The notes beneath the pieces are model-generated. The model made no database searches and was not told the origin of the DNA. It saw only the letters and a list, made by a program, of their open reading frames with translations. From an uncultured Acidobacteriota bacterium (lineage in GTDB: Bacteria; Acidobacteriota; UBA6911; RPQK01; JAPXNP01), in the NCBI GenBank assembly GCA_963777605.1, contig CAVZRV010000029.1:352001-416000 (forward strand): 64,000 nucleotides of DNA, given 5' to 3'. A program made the position numbers and the translations under genes. The stretch's first letter is position 1. Each line of letters begins with the position of its first letter. Positions 59,200 to 64,000 of the stretch are shown piece by piece.

Positions 59200-59640
59200 C
59201 TACTGCGGTGGGCCCCCCGGATTTTGGCCAGGACGGCCGCGCATTCCCCTCATCTGGTGCATGCGCTGGGTCCTGAGGTCCTGGTACTGCTTGAGCTGGT
59301 CCGCACTCAGAACTTCCGCCAGTTTTTTGTCGGTGTCCTGGGTCATCTTTTCCATCGTGGCCCTGCGCTGATCGCGGCTGGCCTCGGTTCGGTCCTGAGA
59401 CCGGAACCGCTCACGTGCTTTCATCATCTGGCTCCGGCTTTCTTCCAGGATCGGTTTCATTTTCGTGACCTGTTCATCAGTCAGGTTCAGGTCTTTCGTC
59501 AGAGTTGCGAGTTCGTCGTCGACGCTCATTGGTGCTTGCCTCTGCCTGGGAGGGCCCTGCCCGAACAGGGCGGGTGCCGACATCAAAGCAACGAGCAGGA
59601 AGGCGATTGGTATGCTGAAAACGGTTAAACGACTTCGCAT
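59200..59640 (-). CDS. Spy/CpxP-like (LTXXQ) periplasmic protein
   Basis: Signal peptide, LNLTDEQ and VLSADQ motifs, Met/Arg-rich helices; AGGAG RBS. Confidence 0.8.
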   Translation of the reverse strand: MRSRLTVFSIPIAFLLVALMSAPALFGQGPPRQRQAPMSVDDELATLTKDLNLTDEQVTKMKPILEESRSQMMKARERFRSQDRTEASRDQRRATMEKMTQDTDKKLAEVLSADQLKQYQDLRTQRMHQMRGMRGRPGQNPGGPPQ

Positions 59641-59898
59641 AGTAAGGTTTCTCCTTTGTACGGTTTTCTTTGCAATCCACCCGAAGCCGGCGACTCCGAG
59701 AGGGGAATCTTGGGACTTGGGCGCTGCTAACAATGAATACGCCAATCAAGCTCCGGGAATTACGTAAAGTTTTGTTCTCCTGAGTCTGAATGTCAGTGGG
59801 CGCCAGGAATCAGACCTTCTTCCTGACAAGTCTTTACACGACAGAAGGACGTCGGAAAGGTGCCGAAACCCCTTCGACTGGGGTACCATCCTTAGACA

Positions 59899-61821
59899 TT
59901 GAACATGAATTTCTCCAAATCGCTCGTGATTGCATGTGTGGCCCTGTTCGCTTCGGGCTGGGTCGTGGCTCAAAATGTGGTCAGTTTCCGGATCGTGGAC
60001 CCCCCTTCCGTGGTTCACGCAGGAGACCTTTTCGATATCGTGGTCCGGGCCGAGATCGAGCCGGGCTGGCATCTCTACTCGATGACCGTCCCTGACGGCG
60101 GTCCCGTCGCGACGACCATTACCGTTGAAGAGACCGATGCTTTCAAGACTGGAGGTCCTCCAGTTGAGCCGCCGCCGATTCCGTGGTTCGATCAGAACTT
60201 CGGCATGGAGACGAACTACTTCGAGTCTTTTGCCGAATTCAGCGTCCCGATTTCGGTCAAGGCAACCGCACCTGCCGGAAGCCAGACTCTGGCCATCAAA
60301 GTCCGGTTCATGGTCTGCAATGACACCTCATGTCTGCCGCCTCAAACCAAGACCCTTTCCACCGAAATGGAAGTTCAGGGTGGAGCTCCGGCTTCCGCTG
60401 GTGCGGGTTCGGCTGTTGTAGCACCCGGGACAGCGAAGCCGGCCGAGGTGAAATCTGCCGGGACAGGCGCGACCCAGGAGGCCAACGGTCTCCCGGCAGG
60501 CACGCTGGCCTACATCTGGTTCGCGATGTCCATGGGGGCGCTCGCGTTGCTGACCCCTTGCGTCTTCCCGATGATTCCGATCACGGTCTCCTACTTCACC
60601 AAGCGGGATGCCAAGAGCCGGGGCCGAGCGGTGTTCGAAGCCGGGCTCTACTCGCTCGGCATCATCGCTACTTTTACGTTTCTAGGCTTCCTCCTGACCT
60701 TCCTGTTCGGGGCGGGAGGGATCAACCGCCTGGCGGCCAACCCGGCGGTCAACTTTCTAATAGCGGCGGTTTTCATCGTATTTGCACTGAGCCTTTTCGG
60801 GGTGCTGGAGATCGGGCTTCCAAGCAGCTGGTTGAGTGCGATCAGCAAGAAGTCCACGCAGTCCACGGGGTTGTTGGGGATCCTCCTGATGGCACTGACT
60901 TTCTCCCTGACCAGCTTCACGTGCACGGTCCCGTTCGTGGGCACGGTCATGGTGGCGGCACTCCAGGGCGATTTCCTCTGGTCTCTGCTCGGCGTCACGG
61001 CCTTCGCTGCCGTCTTCTCGTTGCCCTTTTTCCTGCTGGCCCTGTTTCCCTCCTGGCTGCAATCTCTGCCCAAGAGCGGGAACTGGATGAACTCAGTCAA
61101 GATCACGATGGGTTTCCTGGAACTGGCGGCGGCGATGAAGTTCCTTTCCAACGTTGACCTCGTCTTTCAGTGGCAAATCCTGACCCGCCCGGTTTTCATC
61201 ACGATTTGGCTGGCGATCGGGCTGGTGACGACCGTCTATTTGCTGGGCTGGTTTCGCTTTGCCCACGAAGGGCCCAGCGATTCGCTCGGCGCTCTCCGTG
61301 TCCTCTTCGCCATTTTTTTCCTGGCGGTTTCGCTTTTCCTGTTTCGGGGGCTCTTTGGCTTTAATCTGGGCGAACTGGATGCTTTCCTTCCTCCCCGGGA
61401 TTATGGAGTCAGCGAACCTGTTGACTTCACGTCCCGGTGGGGAGGCCGGGAGGCCGGGCGGGGCGAGCAGTGGCTTTCCGACTACGATGAGGCGCTCCGG
61501 AAGGCGGCTGCCGAAGGAAAGCCCGTTTTTGTTGATTTCACGGGTTACACTTGCACCAACTGCCGCTGGATGGAAGCCAACATCTTCACCTTGCCTGAGG
61601 TTCAGAAGCTGTTCGACCGCTACGTCCTGGTCCGGCTGTACACCGACGGCACCAAACCGGAGCACGACCGAAACCGTCGCATGGAGGAAGAGCGCTTCTC
61701 GACCATTGCACTGCCTTTTTACGCGTTGATTTCTCCAGATGACAAGACAATCGCGAGCTTTCCCGGTCTGACCCGGGACAAGGCGGAGTTTGTCCGGTTT
61801 CTCGAATCCGGGCTGAGCTGA
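59899..61821 (+). CDS. dsbD: Thiol:disulfide interchange protein DsbD family
   Basis: N-domain GWHLYS...CNDTSC, TM domain TPCVFP and FTCT, thioredoxin domain CTNC. Confidence 0.88.
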   Translation: MNMNFSKSLVIACVALFASGWVVAQNVVSFRIVDPPSVVHAGDLFDIVVRAEIEPGWHLYSMTVPDGGPVATTITVEETDAFKTGGPPVEPPPIPWFDQNFGMETNYFESFAEFSVPISVKATAPAGSQTLAIKVRFMVCNDTSCLPPQTKTLSTEMEVQGGAPASAGAGSAVVAPGTAKPAEVKSAGTGATQEANGLPAGTLAYIWFAMSMGALALLTPCVFPMIPITVSYFTKRDAKSRGRAVFEAGLYSLGIIATFTFLGFLLTFLFGAGGINRLAANPAVNFLIAAVFIVFALSLFGVLEIGLPSSWLSAISKKSTQSTGLLGILLMALTFSLTSFTCTVPFVGTVMVAALQGDFLWSLLGVTAFAAVFSLPFFLLALFPSWLQSLPKSGNWMNSVKITMGFLELAAAMKFLSNVDLVFQWQILTRPVFITIWLAIGLVTTVYLLGWFRFAHEGPSDSLGALRVLFAIFFLAVSLFLFRGLFGFNLGELDAFLPPRDYGVSEPVDFTSRWGGREAGRGEQWLSDYDEALRKAAAEGKPVFVDFTGYTCTNCRWMEANIFTLPEVQKLFDRYVLVRLYTDGTKPEHDRNRRMEEERFSTIALPFYALISPDDKTIASFPGLTRDKAEFVRFLESGLS

Positions 61822-61823
61822 GA

Positions 61824-62120
61824 CTATTCCGGAGTGTTCACTATGATGTCGCCGGGCTTGGCTAGTTGATAGTGTTCGCGGGCGATTCGTTCGATCTCGT
61901 GAGGATCGGTCTTGAGTTTATTGATCCGCTCCATCATGGCCTTCTGGCTTTGCCGGAGACGGGTGTTTTCGGCCTGCAGGCGAGAAAGCTCCGTCCGGGC
62001 CTCCCTCAACTTCATGTAGCCGCCGTGGCCCAAGATCATGTAGAAGGAAAACCCGATCACCGTCAAAATGACGATTCCAAGAAAGAGATCCTTCTTTGCT
62101 TTTCGGCTGATCCCCATCAC
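61824..62120 (-). CDS. ftsB: Septum formation initiator (FtsB/DivIC family)
   Basis: N-terminal TM, G..G, coiled coil, IERIARE..L.KPGD. Confidence 0.82.
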   Translation of the reverse strand: MMGISRKAKKDLFLGIVILTVIGFSFYMILGHGGYMKLREARTELSRLQAENTRLRQSQKAMMERINKLKTDPHEIERIAREHYQLAKPGDIIVNTPE

Positions 62121-62135
62121 TAAAAGGAGTTTAGC

Positions 62136-62459
62136 ATGCCGGAGTTGAGAATTGTCCTGACTACCGTTGACTCGCCCGAAAATGCTCGCAAACTGGCTTT
62201 GACGCTGGTCAAGGAACGGTTAGCCGCGTGTGTGAGCATCTTCCCCCGCATCGATTCCGTTTATCGCTGGAACGACCAGATCCAGGAAGAGCAGGAATCG
62301 CAACTCATTATAAAGACGGCTGCTGACAGGGTTGATGCCCTGATTTCAGGGTTGCGCAAGATCCATCCGTACGAAGTTCCCGAGATTCTGCTTTTGCCCG
62401 TGGTTGGAGGACTGGAAGATTACTTCTCCTGGGTTGTCCAGGAGACTCGCGTTTCCTGA
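62136..62459 (+). CDS. cutA: Divalent-cation tolerance protein CutA
   Basis: LAACV, SVYRW, HPYEVPEI. Confidence 0.95.
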   Translation: MPELRIVLTTVDSPENARKLALTLVKERLAACVSIFPRIDSVYRWNDQIQEEQESQLIIKTAADRVDALISGLRKIHPYEVPEILLLPVVGGLEDYFSWVVQETRVS

Positions 62460-62515
62460 TCCAGTGCCCGCAGGAACGGTCGCGCAGGTTCAAGCCTGGG
62501 ACGGGCACCGATGGA

Positions 62516-63112
62516 TCAACGCTCGTCACAGGTAGAAGCCATTGCGCGCAAGCGTCGTCCCTGGACCCGATCCGAGATCTGGGAGCAGATCTCCCCGATG
62601 ACGTCGGCCGCGATGCGGGTTTCCTGCCTGCCGAGGTTGGCGACGATGGGTAGGATCTGGGCTTCCAGGAACTCCCGATATTGTTGAATGAGCCGTTCGC
62701 CTTTGGCCGTCGAACGAACGATAATGCTGCGCCGGTCAAGGGGATCGATCTCCCTCTTGAGGTAGTGGCGGTCTTCCAGCCGGTCGACGATCCTGGAGAT
62801 GCAGCTGTTGCTCAGGCCAAGGCGTCGAATGAGATGTTTAATGGATATTTCGCGATCCTGAGCAAACTCGCTCAAGCACCGGAGGTCGCTTAGTCGCAGG
62901 TGTCGCGCTCGCGCAAATTCGAATTCGAGCAGTCGGTAGAAACCCGCTTGATAACTCAAGTGCCGAACCAGGCAAACGCCGGGGTCGCTCTCGTCCCTCG
63001 TCGTCACGATGTAGGATAACAGCACGATCTGTTCCACCAGGAATTCACGCTGGTCTCCGGATTCAAGTACCCGCAATATAAGGAAAGAAGTCAATAAAGC
63101 GTTATTCGGCAA
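62516..63112 (-). CDS. MarR family transcriptional regulator (true start probably downstream of 63112)
   Basis: ISRIVDRLEDRHYLKREIDPLDRR...TAKGE winged helix. Confidence 0.8.
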   Translation of the reverse strand: MPNNALLTSFLILRVLESGDQREFLVEQIVLLSYIVTTRDESDPGVCLVRHLSYQAGFYRLLEFEFARARHLRLSDLRCLSEFAQDREISIKHLIRRLGLSNSCISRIVDRLEDRHYLKREIDPLDRRSIIVRSTAKGERLIQQYREFLEAQILPIVANLGRQETRIAADVIGEICSQISDRVQGRRLRAMASTCDER

Positions 63113-63163
63113 CTTTCGATATCTGTAAAGGAAGTCAACGGGCTGTCGAGAAATTCAACGGGC

Positions 63164-63991
63164 TCAGTTTGAGTCGGATGCACAGCGAAAGCCGATGCTG
63201 TCCGAGCGCTGGCCAGTGCTGATGCCCAGGTTCCGCTGAAACGCAAAAGCGGCCTGGAGTCCGGATCGATAGGATCCACCGCGAAGCGGGTGGACCGGGC
63301 GCCCCTCGAAGGTCACCAGCGTGCCGGTGATTTCGGAAACATTGCCGGCCAGGTCGTAAACTCCGAAAGGAGAACGGTCTCCTGGCCGGTTCCCAACCGG
63401 TTCCAGCTTGTCGGTCGTGATGTTCGTCGTCTCGGGCCGTGGGAGTTGATTTCCCCATGGAAATATCCGGCTGTCCCCGCCCCGGGCCGTGCGCTCCCAC
63501 TCCTCGTCGGTCGGCAGTCTGCCGCCCCTCCATTTGCAGTATGCTTCAGCATCCTCGGGAGCCACCCAGATCACCGGGAAGTCGGCTGCCCAGTCCGGAT
63601 ACTCACCGTTCGTCCATTCCTTCAGGTACTCGGTGCGGTTCGCTGGTTCGTAGTCGCTGGCGGAGAGAAACTCAGCGAACTGCTTGTTCGTCACCTCGAA
63701 CTCGTCGATCGAGAACGCGGGGATCGACACAGGTCGAGGGGGAATGATCTGCATTTTTCGCAGGCGATCCTTGAGCCCGGGAAAATTCAAACGGGCGGTT
63801 CCGAGGAGTAGCTCATAGTTCTTTTCGGTCGCGCCATAAAGGAAGTCGGCGGCTGGAATCTTGATCATGTTCACAGGGGATGGTTGGGTTGCCTGGGCGC
63901 TCGACGGCGGGATCTCCGAACCGTTTCCACCGGCGTTCTGGCAACCGGCAGTCAACCCGAGAGCAGCGAAACAGAGTAGCCAAAGTCTCAT
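63164..63991 (-). CDS. FGE/SUMF1-fold lipoprotein
   Basis: Lipobox LTAGC, EVTN, PV..V..EDAEAYC, RLPTDEEWE, DLAGNVSE, RGGS, GFRC. Confidence 0.88.
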   Translation of the reverse strand: MRLWLLCFAALGLTAGCQNAGGNGSEIPPSSAQATQPSPVNMIKIPAADFLYGATEKNYELLLGTARLNFPGLKDRLRKMQIIPPRPVSIPAFSIDEFEVTNKQFAEFLSASDYEPANRTEYLKEWTNGEYPDWAADFPVIWVAPEDAEAYCKWRGGRLPTDEEWERTARGGDSRIFPWGNQLPRPETTNITTDKLEPVGNRPGDRSPFGVYDLAGNVSEITGTLVTFEGRPVHPLRGGSYRSGLQAAFAFQRNLGISTGQRSDSIGFRCASDSN

Positions 63992-64000
63992 CTTCAATTC

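Noticed and set aside
59738-59763. ECF-like promoter GTAAT-N17-CGTA (- strand) upstream of the Spy-like gene
   Set aside because: Plausible, but the -35 deviates from AAC; too weak to list as a feature

Overview
About 60% GC bacterial chromosome segment, most likely Acidobacteriota (acidobacterial-type VWA proteins, a fused LptF-LptG, an Oar-like outer-membrane barrel); this taxonomic call is an inference. About 56 CDS: housekeeping genes (ogt, mqnC, argR-argH, metK, lipB, ctaA, rpiA, hemH, rimI, ftsB-like, cutA, dsbD), a cluster of four radical SAM genes plus a GT-C glycosyltransferase, a second glycosyltransferase/radical SAM block, several hydrolases and several transporters. No rRNA, tRNA, CRISPR array, transposase or integrase was recognised. 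At least five genes carry single-base frameshifts, probably long-read assembly errors, and these distort the supplied ORF track. Three loci stand out. (1) A 5 kb unit (15.7-20.85 kb) in which an unannotated 40-aa single-TM peptide and a convergent operon for a P3A-type H+-ATPase, an exported helical protein and a Usp each have a sigma-54 promoter, preceded by similar enhancer-like motifs. (2) An operon (53.3-59.6 kb) encoding a Spy/CpxP-like protein, a LolA-like domain fused to an apparently plug-less outer-membrane barrel, and a VWA protein. (3) The alternating Twitch/B12 radical SAM cluster. All functional calls come from reading motifs by eye; no searches were run.
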